Source of the DNA: Clostridia bacterium
Lineage (GTDB): Bacteria > Bacillota > Clostridia > Peptostreptococcales > Anaerovoracaceae
Direction of reading: 5' to 3'
Assembly: GCA_024689865.1 (NCBI GenBank)
Contig: JAILDA010000022.1
Coordinates: forward strand, 2,244-66,243
Length of the DNA: 64,000 nt
The translations under genes and the position numbers were made by a program. A model generated the notes under the pieces. That model saw nothing but the letters and a program-made list of their open reading frames with translations, did no database searches and was not told the origin of the DNA. Positions 53,319 through 62,009 of the stretch are shown here, piece by piece (within the stretch, counting starts at the first letter, position 1; each line of letters begins with the position of its first letter).

Positions 53319-53744
53319 ATGAATTCGGTATCTTTGATCGGAAGACTAACAAGAGATCCCGAGGTGCGTTACGGCGCAGCCAGCCAGACCGCAGTTGCTC
53401 GTTTTTCTATTGCCATCGACAGAGGCAGAGACCGTGACGGCAACGACCGCGGCGCGGATTATCCGAACATCGTATGCTTCGGTAAGACCGCCGAGCTGGT
53501 CGAGAAATACCTCGGCAAAGGCAGACTTGTAGGAATTACCGGACGCATCCAGACCGGTTCCTACGAGAAGGACGGAAAGAAAGTTTACACCACGGAAGTC
53601 CTTGCGGACAGAGTGGAGTTTTTAGACAGGGGCGACCGCACGGACAGCCAGCAGGGAAGCTTCAGCACCCCGGCTCCGGCACCGTCCATGCCCTCCGTAC
53701 CGGAAGGCTTCTCGCAGCTTACGGACGACGACATCCCCTTCTAA
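53319..53744 (+). CDS. ssb: Single-stranded DNA-binding protein
   Basis: OB-fold N-terminus NSVSLIGRLTRDPEVRY and an acidic C-terminal tip DDDIPF. Confidence 0.95.
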   Translation: MNSVSLIGRLTRDPEVRYGAASQTAVARFSIAIDRGRDRDGNDRGADYPNIVCFGKTAELVEKYLGKGRLVGITGRIQTGSYEKDGKKVYTTEVLADRVEFLDRGDRTDSQQGSFSTPAPAPSMPSVPEGFSQLTDDDIPF

Positions 53745-53771
53745 GAACAAAGACAGAGGAGATAATAACAA

Positions 53772-54026
53772 ATGGAAAGAGAAAGAAAACAGAGAAAGAG
53801 CTACACCGGCCACAGCAGAAAGAAGGTCTGCCAGTTCTGCGCAGACAACACTGCCGTTGTAGACTACAAGGATGTTGAGACTCTCAAGAAGTACATAAGC
53901 GAAAGAGGAAAGATCCTTCCCAGAAGGATCACCGGCACCTGCACCATGCATCAGAGAGCAGTCACCACTGCAATCAAGAGAGCCAGGACCGTTGCGCTTC
54001 TGCCCTTCGACGCAGACCTTAACTAA
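53772..54026 (+). CDS. rpsR: 30S ribosomal protein S18
   Basis: [40 protein letters not shown]...[12 protein letters not shown]. Confidence 0.95.
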   Translation: MERERKQRKSYTGHSRKKVCQFCADNTAVVDYKDVETLKKYISERGKILPRRITGTCTMHQRAVTTAIKRARTVALLPFDADLN

Positions 54027-54115
54027 TGCCTTGACCGCTGAGCCGCGCTGCGTTGCAGCATACGGCGTTTAAGGCGGAAAAGCCCCGGACAGATCGGGGC
54101 GCAAATGCAGAAAAC

Positions 54116-54151
54116 GAAGACCGGAGCCTTATGGTTCCGGTCTTTTCGTTT
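54116..54151 (+). terminator. Rho-independent terminator of the rpsF operon
   Basis: Stem AAGACCGGA/TCCGGTCTT, followed by TTCGTTT. Confidence 0.75.
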
Positions 54152-54247
54152 GACAAAGAAGGCATCTGCCTTTATTATTCTTGTAACGCATCAGAAAGGA
54201 GCAGGAAGGCTTTGGCCCGAGTACTGAATTTCCTTATAAATCAGATA

Positions 54248-54745
54248 ATGCCCGGCGTCATTCCCGCGGTGGTACTGGCGATCATAGCGCTTATAGTTTG
54301 CCTTGCCCGGAAAGCCCCGCGCGCGAAGACGGTCTACTGGACGCTTCTTGCCGCGTACGCGGGTTTCGTAATAGGCGAGACCATACTCAATCCCTCCTTC
54401 GTGCCCGGCGAGTACAGCAGCGGAGTAAATCTGGTGCCTTTCCGCGACCTTATCTATTACACGCGCCGCAGGCTGAGCTGGTATTTCTGGCAGGCGCTTC
54501 TGAACATTGTGCTGTTCTTGCCGTACGGCGTGTTCCTAAAGATAGGCAGGAGGAAACTATGGGTGTCCGCGCTGATCGGCTTCGGATCGTCCCTGCTTAT
54601 AGAGGCGGTGGAATACATTACCAACAGGGGCGTCTTCGACGTGGATGACCTGATCCTTAACACGCTGGGCGTTGTGATAGGGTATCTGCTGGCGGCGCTG
54701 TTCTTCCGGATACGCCGCGGCAAAGCGGAGCAGGAACATATATAG
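54248..54745 (+). CDS. VanZ family membrane protein
   Basis: Four TM helices and the C-terminal FDVDDLILNTLGVVIGY motif. The start is uncertain (ATG at 54248 or an in-frame TTG at 54212); the track's upstream extension runs through the rpsR terminator. Confidence 0.75.
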   Translation: MPGVIPAVVLAIIALIVCLARKAPRAKTVYWTLLAAYAGFVIGETILNPSFVPGEYSSGVNLVPFRDLIYYTRRRLSWYFWQALLNIVLFLPYGVFLKIGRRKLWVSALIGFGSSLLIEAVEYITNRGVFDVDDLILNTLGVVIGYLLAALFFRIRRGKAEQEHI

Positions 54746-54756
54746 AGAACAAATAA

Positions 54757-54787
54757 GGCCGGAACCCCAGGGTCCCGGTCTTTTTTA
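54757..54787 (+). terminator. Rho-independent terminator
   Basis: 10-bp stem with one mismatch and one G-U pair (54757-54766 / 54771-54780), followed by TTTTTT. Confidence 0.65.
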
Positions 54788-54977
54788 CGGCGCAAAAATC
54801 AACCGTAAATAGAATATAATCAATTTTCTAGTTATTTACTGATCCGCGGCATTGTTATATCATCTAATCGCGGACCGCAAAAGAAACAGCTTCAGACAAA
54901 GGACAAACAGCAAAGCAGCGGCGCAGCGGAACACTTTAACCGCGGCGCGGCAAAACAGAAAAGGAGGTGCCGGAATC

Positions 54978-55334
54978 ATGAAGTTCGAATACAGACTGAG
55001 CAGCATCGGATACGGAAACATTCCGGATCTGGTCGTCCCTGTTTCAGAGATACATCAGATAGTTCGGCTGAAGGACAAGGATCCGGACGGCGCTTTCGCC
55101 GCGGAAGCGTTGCTCAAAAAATGCGTCATCATATATACCTCGTACTGCGGAAGGCGGCAGATGCTTGCCGAGCGCGACTTCCGGGCTCTGGAAAAGCAGC
55201 TCGGGGAGACAGGCGAACTGGTCATTTCCTGCGTGGAGGCGGGCGACGCGCCGGTCTACAGAGGCAGGTACGTCTCCGACAAGGAAGAGGAAGTAGGATT
55301 GGTCTTCAGAGACCTTACAGCAAGGAGGGAGTAA
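54978..55334 (+). CDS. Hypothetical protein (118 aa)
   Basis: AAGGAGG SD 8 nt upstream of the ATG at 54978. No recognisable family. Its stop is 2 nt before the XRE regulator gene. Confidence 0.55.
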   Translation: MKFEYRLSSIGYGNIPDLVVPVSEIHQIVRLKDKDPDGAFAAEALLKKCVIIYTSYCGRRQMLAERDFRALEKQLGETGELVISCVEAGDAPVYRGRYVSDKEEEVGLVFRDLTARRE

Positions 55335-55336
55335 CA

Positions 55337-55858
55337 ATGGACAATCTTAAAATAGGAAGCTACATCCAGCATCTGCGCAAGAGCGCCGGAATGACGCAGA
55401 AGGAGCTTGCGGACAAACTGAACATCTCGTTCCAGGCGGTCTCCAAGTGGGAGACCGGCGAGACCCTGCCGGACACGGGACTTCTGCCGGAGCTTTGCAA
55501 AGCGCTGGGCACAACGGCAGACAAGCTGCTTAACGGCGGAAATGTTATGCCGGTAGACCGAAGGCCCATGTACCTGGCTGACGTGGAAAAGGGCTTTGAG
55601 TACCTGGAAAAGATGGGCGAGCTCCTGGGAGAGGACAGCACGTTCTGCACCGGGATGATAGAAGGTATCAACAAAAAGATGAACATCGACATCCTCGGCT
55701 ATCTTAAAGTCCCCAACACGCGAGAGGTGCTGTATGCCGAGGCGCTGATCCAGGGCATCCTGTCCGGCCGCATAGTTGACATGGCCGAGGTGGAGGCCGG
55801 GCTGCAGAACAAGCGCATGGTGGAAACTATCCGCGATTACATTTCGAGGGCGGAATAG
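55337..55858 (+). CDS. XRE family HTH transcriptional regulator with a C-terminal extension of about 110 aa
   Basis: IQHLRKSAGMTQKELADKLNISFQAVSKWETGETLP is a Cro/C1-type HTH. AAGGAGGG SD. Confidence 0.85.
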   Translation: MDNLKIGSYIQHLRKSAGMTQKELADKLNISFQAVSKWETGETLPDTGLLPELCKALGTTADKLLNGGNVMPVDRRPMYLADVEKGFEYLEKMGELLGEDSTFCTGMIEGINKKMNIDILGYLKVPNTREVLYAEALIQGILSGRIVDMAEVEAGLQNKRMVETIRDYISRAE

Positions 55859-55885
55859 AGGCGTATAAACTGATCGCGCATAACG

Positions 55886-55927
55886 AAAAAAGACCGGAAC
55901 ACACAGGATCCGGTCTTTTGTTTTGTT
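55886..55927. terminator. Bidirectional rho-independent terminator
   Basis: Stem AGACCGGA/TCCGGTCT, with an A-tract upstream and TTTTGTTTTG downstream. Confidence 0.75.
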
Positions 55928-55996
55928 ATTGGTCAAGCAACTGAAGTTTAGTTGCCAAGCGCTCATTGCTTTAAAGATGGTTGATATTTCAGGCAT

Positions 55997-56063
55997 TTAC
56001 GGTCCTGAACGCGGTCCATCCGCTTCTGCGCAGCTTACGGTCCTGAACGCGGTCCATCCGCTT
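55997..56063. repeat. Two perfect copies of a 29-nt sequence (38-nt period), plus a degenerate third copy formed by the 3' end of the adjacent CDS
   Basis: TTACGGTCCTGAACGCGGTCCATCCGCTT occurs at 55997-56025 and 56035-56063. TTACGGTC...TTTTGCGCAGC at 56065-56083 matches the ends of the unit. Confidence 0.85.
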
Positions 56064-56064
56064 G

Positions 56065-57054
56065 TTACGGTCTTTTGCGCAGCGCCCTTGCTATGCTTAT
56101 CACCACTGCGAACAGCACGCCGGCCACAGGCCAGATTATCCAGCTGCGGTCCCAGCCGCTGAGGAAGCTTATGGCCAGGAACGCCGCGGTAACGACCAGC
56201 CAGTACGCCCCGGCGATAACTCCGTCGCGCTTGCTTTCGGCTTTTTCCTCGCGGGTGTAGTCCCCCTCTTCCAGCAGCGCCTTAAAACCGCCCCAGATTA
56301 TGCAGCTGCGCACTATCAGCAGAACGCCTACGGCTATCATTATCAGCAGCACGCATACCGCGATGGTTCCTATGATCTCTATCCTTTCGCTGTAGTTGAA
56401 CAGCGATGCCATGGTAACGGGTACGGCGGCCAGCACGCAGAGCACTATGCCGACAGTCAGTTGGGTACCGAACGCTCCGCGGAAACGCTCGCGGCGCTCT
56501 TTGGCTATGCCGCTTACTCCGTAGGCCGTCTCGATGGGTTCTTCTTCTATGTATCTGAAGCGTTCGCCCTTAAGGAATGTGGTGATGAAGATCGCCACAG
56601 CGCATCCTACCATTATAAGGATCACCGGCACGCCTATTCCGGCTGCCACGGCGTCCTTTATCTTAAGAAGGCCGGTCTCGCTTGCGCCAGCAAGGAAGAT
56701 CAGGAGCACCGGTGACAGTATGCAGAGCATTACGCCTATGGCCGTGCGGCGCGAGGACCAGCTTTTGAACTCCAGGTAATCGGAGGCCTCTTCTACCGTT
56801 ACTACCCGGGCCGCCGGCTCGTCGAAGTCCGCTTCGCCCTGGGCCGCGGATATTTCCAGTTCGTCCTTAAGCAGCACGTCCGTGCTTACTCCGAAGATCT
56901 GCGACATCGTTATTATGCGGTTCATGTCCGGGATCGCCTGCGCGCTCTCCCATTTGGATATGGACTGACGGCTGACGTTCAGTTTTTCCGCCAGATCCTC
57001 CTGGGACCATCCGTTCTTCTTTCTCAGTTCGATTATCTTGTCTGCAAGTATCAT
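56065..57054 (-). CDS. Membrane-bound XRE family HTH protein
   Basis: N-terminal HTH ([36 protein letters not shown]), followed by six or so TM helices. Confidence 0.85.
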   Translation of the reverse strand: MILADKIIELRKKNGWSQEDLAEKLNVSRQSISKWESAQAIPDMNRIITMSQIFGVSTDVLLKDELEISAAQGEADFDEPAARVVTVEEASDYLEFKSWSSRRTAIGVMLCILSPVLLIFLAGASETGLLKIKDAVAAGIGVPVILIMVGCAVAIFITTFLKGERFRYIEEEPIETAYGVSGIAKERRERFRGAFGTQLTVGIVLCVLAAVPVTMASLFNYSERIEIIGTIAVCVLLIMIAVGVLLIVRSCIIWGGFKALLEEGDYTREEKAESKRDGVIAGAYWLVVTAAFLAISFLSGWDRSWIIWPVAGVLFAVVISIARALRKRP

Positions 57055-57246
57055 TTCTTTTCTCCTTTGACGTTTCTTTACGGCTGCTTTGGGCTTACGC
57101 TCCGGTTTTCCCTTAAGGTCTTTTGCCTTGCGGCCCGCAGCTCTTGTTTACGCCAAAATTGTACTTTACGACGCGGTGGCAATCCATAAACCGCGCTTGG
57201 AAACTACGCAACCGGCAGTTGCAAAACAGTGGAAAACGCGCATTTT

Positions 57247-58311
57247 TCAGGTCTTTTCCAGCACACAGACGGCCATGCGGACGAAATTCTCCTTAATGCC
57301 GGGGATCTTAGCCAGGGGAGCAAGCCAGCCTCGCAGCGGCTTTTCCTTGTAAAAGACTACACGCAGAGACCCCTGCGCAGGAGTGCCGCCGGTTTTTCCG
57401 GATCCATGTGCAGAAGGTTTACCGGTATCTCCGGACCCTTGCGCCACGGCTCCGTCTGCAGCTGCGGACATTTGTGCTGCAAGCTCCTCCCGTATCCGCT
57501 TAAAACGCTTCAGCGTCATCTTGTTTATGTAACTGTTTTTAAGTGCGCCGTTTTCGTCCTCGGAAAGGCGGAACGCTATGCGCTCCGCGCCGCTTACAGC
57601 GGTCTGCCCGTCCAGCTCTTCCGCCAGCAGCCGGTACGCCTCCAGGCATTGCTGTTCCGGGAACAGTCTGTGCACCCAGGGAATGCCAATCAGGTCCGAA
57701 AGGTGCTCGCCGTAGGGGTGCCCGTACGGCGGAAAGTTCATGAAAACACGTCCGCCCAGTCTAAGCAGCCTTTTGCACTCAGCAAGGACCGCCTCCGGGT
57801 CCGCCAGATGCTCGAAAGCATCGTTCATTATTATGGTATCGAAGCTTTCAGACGGCAGTCCCGTGTCCGACGCGTCCGCGCAGATAAAGCGAAACGATCC
57901 GCGGGCGGCTTGGTCCGCGCCGTAAGGATCCAAGGTCCCTCGTGCTGTTGGGTCCGCACTGTAAGGATCCCGCGGACGCTGCTCCTCAGGATTCGTCCCT
58001 ATCCGTTTGCGCATCGCGAAGGCTTCCGCCTGATCCCGGTACTTCTCCAGCAGATCCACTCCCGTAACGTCCGCAGCCCATTTCTCCGCAAACCAGACGC
58101 TCTTGCCGCCGGCTCCGCAGCCAACGTCTAGGACCTTCTTGCGGAACAGAATGTCCCCGGGCGCGTAGTACGGCGCAAAGCATGCCAGGGAACCGGCCGC
58201 ATGTTCGTATTCCCACTTCGCGTAAGCCAGCGCGTCGCCGCTCCTGTCGTTGAACGGGTGCTCCGGCAGGCGGAACCGCTTGTTCAGTTTAAGTATCGTT
58301 TTCACGGACAT
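57247..58311 (-). CDS. Class I SAM-dependent methyltransferase
   Basis: Motif I VLDVGCGAGG, post-I VTGVDL, and IIMNDAFEHLADP...LLRLGGRVF. Start chosen at the ATG at 58311; the track start is a TTG at 58344. Confidence 0.8.
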   Translation of the reverse strand: MSVKTILKLNKRFRLPEHPFNDRSGDALAYAKWEYEHAAGSLACFAPYYAPGDILFRKKVLDVGCGAGGKSVWFAEKWAADVTGVDLLEKYRDQAEAFAMRKRIGTNPEEQRPRDPYSADPTARGTLDPYGADQAARGSFRFICADASDTGLPSESFDTIIMNDAFEHLADPEAVLAECKRLLRLGGRVFMNFPPYGHPYGEHLSDLIGIPWVHRLFPEQQCLEAYRLLAEELDGQTAVSGAERIAFRLSEDENGALKNSYINKMTLKRFKRIREELAAQMSAAADGAVAQGSGDTGKPSAHGSGKTGGTPAQGSLRVVFYKEKPLRGWLAPLAKIPGIKENFVRMAVCVLEKT

Positions 58312-58317
58312 ACATGC

Positions 58318-58326
58318 ATTATACCA
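58318..58326 (-). promoter_or_regulatory. Extended -10 element TGgTATAAT placed 6 nt upstream of the methyltransferase ATG (leaderless candidate)
   Basis: On the minus strand: TTGTGGTATAAT-GCATGT-ATG. 19 of 23 nt are identical to the ispE start region. Confidence 0.4.
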
Positions 58327-58404
58327 CAATTTTCCGTCCCCCAAGCCGCCCCGGCTGTGTTATTATATAAAGTAGGAATTAACTCTTTACGAAAGGAGCA
58401 TATA

Positions 58405-59097
58405 ATGATCTACACAAAAGAAGTTGAAATGATGTGCCCCGTCGCCAAAGGCGCCAAGCACGACCCGGCCCCCATCCCGGAAGAAGGAAAATGGGTAAAG
58501 GTCAAGCAGATCGGGGACATCTCCGGGTTCACCCACGGAATTGGCTGGTGCGCTCCTCAGCAGGGCGCGTGCAAGCTTACGCTCAACGTTAAGAACGGCA
58601 TCATAGAGGAGGCTCTGGTGGAGACCATCGGATGCTCCGGCATGACCCACTCCGCCGCCATGGCCGCGGAGATCCTGCAGGGTAAGACCATACTGGAAGC
58701 CCTCAACTCGGACCTCGTCTGCGACGCCATCAACACCGCAATGAGAGAGATCTTCCTGCAGATCGTATACGGCAGGAGCCAGAGCGCTTTCTCCGACGAC
58801 GGCCTTGCTATAGGCGCCGGTCTGGAGGATCTGGGCAAGGGTCTGCGTTCGCAGATCGGAACCATGTACGGCACCAAGGAAAAGGGCGTACGCTACCTGG
58901 AGATGGCCGAAGGCTACGTTACAGGCATAGCCCTGGACGAGGACAACGAGGTTATCGGCTACCAGTTCGTTAACCTCGGCAAGATGACCGACTTCATAAA
59001 GAAGGGCGACAGCCCCAACGAGGCCTGGGAAAAGGCCAAGGGTCAGTACGGACGTGTTGCGGACGCCGCGCGCATCATAGACCCCAGAAAGGAGTAA
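58405..59097 (+). CDS. NifU/IscU-like domain protein (partner of the GGGtGRT protein)
   Basis: GWCAPQQGACKLTLNVKNGIIEEALVETIGCSGMTHSAAMAAEILQGKTILEAL resembles an IscU-type scaffold with conserved Cys. GAAAGGAG SD. The track's upstream extension overlaps the divergent gene. Confidence 0.7.
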   Translation: MIYTKEVEMMCPVAKGAKHDPAPIPEEGKWVKVKQIGDISGFTHGIGWCAPQQGACKLTLNVKNGIIEEALVETIGCSGMTHSAAMAAEILQGKTILEALNSDLVCDAINTAMREIFLQIVYGRSQSAFSDDGLAIGAGLEDLGKGLRSQIGTMYGTKEKGVRYLEMAEGYVTGIALDEDNEVIGYQFVNLGKMTDFIKKGDSPNEAWEKAKGQYGRVADAARIIDPRKE

Positions 59098-59101
59098 GGC
59101 C

Positions 59102-60112
59102 ATGGCACTGTTTGAATCCTACGAAAGAAGAATAGACCAGATCAACGCCGTCCTTAAGAAGTACGGGATCGCGTCCATAGAGGAAGCAAAGAAGATCACG
59201 GAAGACGCCGGACTCAACGTTTACGATCAGGTAAAGAAGATACAGCCCATATGCTTCGAGAACGCATGCTGGGCTTACACCGTGGGCGCTGCGATAGCCA
59301 TCAAGAAGGGCTGCCGCAAGGCATCAGACGCCGCAGCCGCTATAGGCGAAGGCCTTCAGTCCTTCTGCATCCCCGGCTCCGTAGCTGATCACCGCAAGGT
59401 AGGTCTGGGCCACGGCAACCTGGGCAAGATGCTTCTGGAAGAAGAGACCGAGTGCTTCTGCTTCCTGGCCGGCCACGAGTCCTTCGCAGCCGCGGAAGGC
59501 GCCATCGGCATAGCCGAAAAGGCCAACAAGGTCCGTACCAAGCCGCTGCGCGTAATACTCAACGGTCTGGGCAAGGACGCCGCGCAGATCATATCCAGGA
59601 TCAACGGCTTCACTTATGTGGACACCCAGTACGACTACAAGGCAGCCAAGCTGAACATAGTCTACGAAAAGGCGTATTCCAAGGGTCTGCGCGCAAGCGT
59701 ACGCTGCTACGGCGCGGACGACGTTCAGGAAGGCGTTGCGATAATGCACTTCGAGAACGTGGGCGTTTCCATAACCGGAAACTCCACTAACCCCACCAGG
59801 TTCCAGCACCCCGTTGCCGGCACCTACAAGAAGGAATGCATAGAGCAGGGCAAGAAGTACTTCTCGGTAGCCTCCGGCGGAGGAACGGGACGTACACTGC
59901 ACCCGGACAACATGGCCGCAGGTCCGGCTTCTTACGGAATGACCGATACCATGGGCCGCATGCACTCCGACGCCCAGTTCGCGGGCTCCAGCTCCGTACC
60001 GGCTCACGTAGAGATGATGGGCCTTATAGGCATGGGCAACAACCCGATGGTAGGCGCTACCGTTGCTGTTGCAGTAAGCGTGGAAGAAGCCGCAAGGGCA
60101 GGAAAGTTCTAA
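59102..60112 (+). CDS. GGGtGRT family protein (function unknown)
   Basis: Contains the eponymous SGGGTGRTLHPDN motif. Starts 4 nt after the NifU-like gene. Confidence 0.8.
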   Translation: MALFESYERRIDQINAVLKKYGIASIEEAKKITEDAGLNVYDQVKKIQPICFENACWAYTVGAAIAIKKGCRKASDAAAAIGEGLQSFCIPGSVADHRKVGLGHGNLGKMLLEEETECFCFLAGHESFAAAEGAIGIAEKANKVRTKPLRVILNGLGKDAAQIISRINGFTYVDTQYDYKAAKLNIVYEKAYSKGLRASVRCYGADDVQEGVAIMHFENVGVSITGNSTNPTRFQHPVAGTYKKECIEQGKKYFSVASGGGTGRTLHPDNMAAGPASYGMTDTMGRMHSDAQFAGSSSVPAHVEMMGLIGMGNNPMVGATVAVAVSVEEAARAGKF

Positions 60113-60222
60113 GCATAAACGTTAACGAGCATTGCCGCCGGACCGCCTGGTATCCGGCGGCATAGTTTTTTAGGACAGTGCGGCACCTGTGTCGTGTGGC
60201 GGCGCTCCGGATCGGAGGACGG

Positions 60223-60840
60223 ATGGAACACAAGGATTATGAACTTCAGGTCCCGGAAGGGTATTCCCTGGCATATCACATAAACGCGTCCGACAAGAAG
60301 ACCGGCGTGCTTATGACAATCGGCGCTGTCGTCATAATGATCGCTGCCGTTGCTTTGGTGTTCCTCGGCATCCCCAGACCGTGGAGCTTCGGCATGTTCG
60401 CCTCGGACATCAGATACTTTCTGTTCTGGGCGGTATGGCTGGTCCTGGAAATTGCGTACATAATCCTGCACGAGCTTACGCACGGCGCGGTCTACAAGGC
60501 GCTTACACATCAGAAGCTGCGCTTCGGCATCACCTGGAACGCCGCGTTCTGCGGAGTGCCGGACATCTATACCTACAGGCGCGTGGCCATTCTGTCGCTG
60601 ATCGCGCCGTTTACGGTATTTACGATAATATTCGTGGCGCTGGCGCTGTGGCTTCGCACGGTCAGCACTGCGTGGTACCTTGTGATCGGCATACTGTTCG
60701 CCACCCACATCTCCGGCTGCGTGGGCGACATGTTCATGACTTTCAAGTTCCTTACAAAATACAAAGATCCGCGCACGCTTATGCGCGACACCGGCCCCGA
60801 GCAGTGGATATATGTGCCGGAAGAGAGTTTACAGGAGTAA
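60223..60840 (+). CDS. DUF3267-like putative membrane zinc metallopeptidase
   Basis: HELTH (HExxH) in ILHELTHGAVY, embedded among TM helices. GGAGGA SD at 60223. Confidence 0.7.
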   Translation: MEHKDYELQVPEGYSLAYHINASDKKTGVLMTIGAVVIMIAAVALVFLGIPRPWSFGMFASDIRYFLFWAVWLVLEIAYIILHELTHGAVYKALTHQKLRFGITWNAAFCGVPDIYTYRRVAILSLIAPFTVFTIIFVALALWLRTVSTAWYLVIGILFATHISGCVGDMFMTFKFLTKYKDPRTLMRDTGPEQWIYVPEESLQE

Positions 60841-60843
60841 AAG

Positions 60844-61941
60844 ATGCGTAAAAAGAGCTTAAAAAAATATACGGACTTTATAGTTAAGGAAGCGCAGGCG
60901 CTGCTTGCGGTGGATTCTCCCACCGGCTACACGGAAAACGCCGCGGCGTGGGTGCTGGAGGAGTTTAAGAAGCTCGGCTATGCCCCAAAGCTTACAGTTA
61001 AGGGCGGAGTACTGGTAAAGCTGTCGGACGGCGGAGCAGTATCGCCGATAAACGATGAATGCAACAATTGCTGCGATCTCCCGGCCCCGGCCGGCGGGCT
61101 TCTGCTCGAGGCTCATACGGATACTCTGGGCGGAATGGTAAGCAAGATAAAGCCGGACGGAAGACTGGAGCTTACCAACCTGGGCGGCATGAACGCCAAC
61201 AACGCGGAGGCCGAGAACGTACGCATAGTAACCAAATACAACGGCATCTACGAAGGCACCTGCCAGCTGATCAACGCGTCCGTGCACGTAAACGGCAAGT
61301 ACAACGACACCAAGCGCGAATGGTCCGCCATGGAGATAGTCCTTGACGAGCCGGTAAAGGAAGCCAAGGACGTGGAAAAACTTGGCATAGCCGTCGGGGA
61401 CATCATCTGCTTCGAGCCCCGCACCAGGGTAACAAAGAGCGGATATATTAAGAGCCGCTTCCTGGACGACAAGCTGAGCGTCGCCATAATCCTGGGCTAC
61501 GCCATGTATCTTAGGGACAGCGGCGCAAAGACGTCAAGACCGGTCTGGGCACACATAACCACCTACGAGGAAGTGGGTCACGGCGGAAGCGGTTCGGTGC
61601 CGGAAGGCGTTACGGAGGCTCTGTCCGTGGACATGGGCTGCGTCGGCGAGGGACTCTCCTGCACGGAGCGTCAGGTATCCATCTGCGCCAAGGACAGCGG
61701 CGGCCCCTACAGCTACGAGATAGTAAAGGGCCTGATAGACGCCGCTAAGCGCTCCGGCGCGGACTACGCAGTGGACATCTACCCGCACTACGGCTCGGAC
61801 GTGGAAGCTACGCTGGCCGCCGGCTACGACGTTAAGCACGGCCTTATAGGCGCCGGCGTTTACGCGTCGCACGGCTACGAACGCAGCCACAGGGACGGCG
61901 CCGAGAACACGCTGCGCCTGCTTATAGGATATACGATATAA
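60844..61941 (+). CDS. M42 family metallopeptidase (fourth paralog)
   Basis: DSPTGYTEN, AHTDTLGG, TTYEEVGHGGS and ASHGYER motifs. Starts 3 nt after the DUF3267-like gene. Confidence 0.8.
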   Translation: MRKKSLKKYTDFIVKEAQALLAVDSPTGYTENAAAWVLEEFKKLGYAPKLTVKGGVLVKLSDGGAVSPINDECNNCCDLPAPAGGLLLEAHTDTLGGMVSKIKPDGRLELTNLGGMNANNAEAENVRIVTKYNGIYEGTCQLINASVHVNGKYNDTKREWSAMEIVLDEPVKEAKDVEKLGIAVGDIICFEPRTRVTKSGYIKSRFLDDKLSVAIILGYAMYLRDSGAKTSRPVWAHITTYEEVGHGGSGSVPEGVTEALSVDMGCVGEGLSCTERQVSICAKDSGGPYSYEIVKGLIDAAKRSGADYAVDIYPHYGSDVEATLAAGYDVKHGLIGAGVYASHGYERSHRDGAENTLRLLIGYTI

Positions 61942-61943
61942 AG

Positions 61944-61970
61944 AAAAGCGGCCGCAAAGGCCGCTTTTTG
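61944..61970 (+). terminator. Rho-independent terminator
   Basis: 9-bp stem AAAGCGGCC/GGCCGCTTT, followed by TTG. Confidence 0.8.
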
Positions 61971-62009
61971 CATGTATTTGCATTGCAGCCGGCGATCGGG
62001 AGACGGAAA

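Noticed and set aside
55997-56063. Possible CRISPR array, because of identical 29-nt direct repeats.
   Set aside because: There are only two full copies. The 'spacer' is 9 nt, no cas genes are present, and the repeat is homologous to the adjacent gene's 3' end. It is a tandem duplication, not CRISPR.
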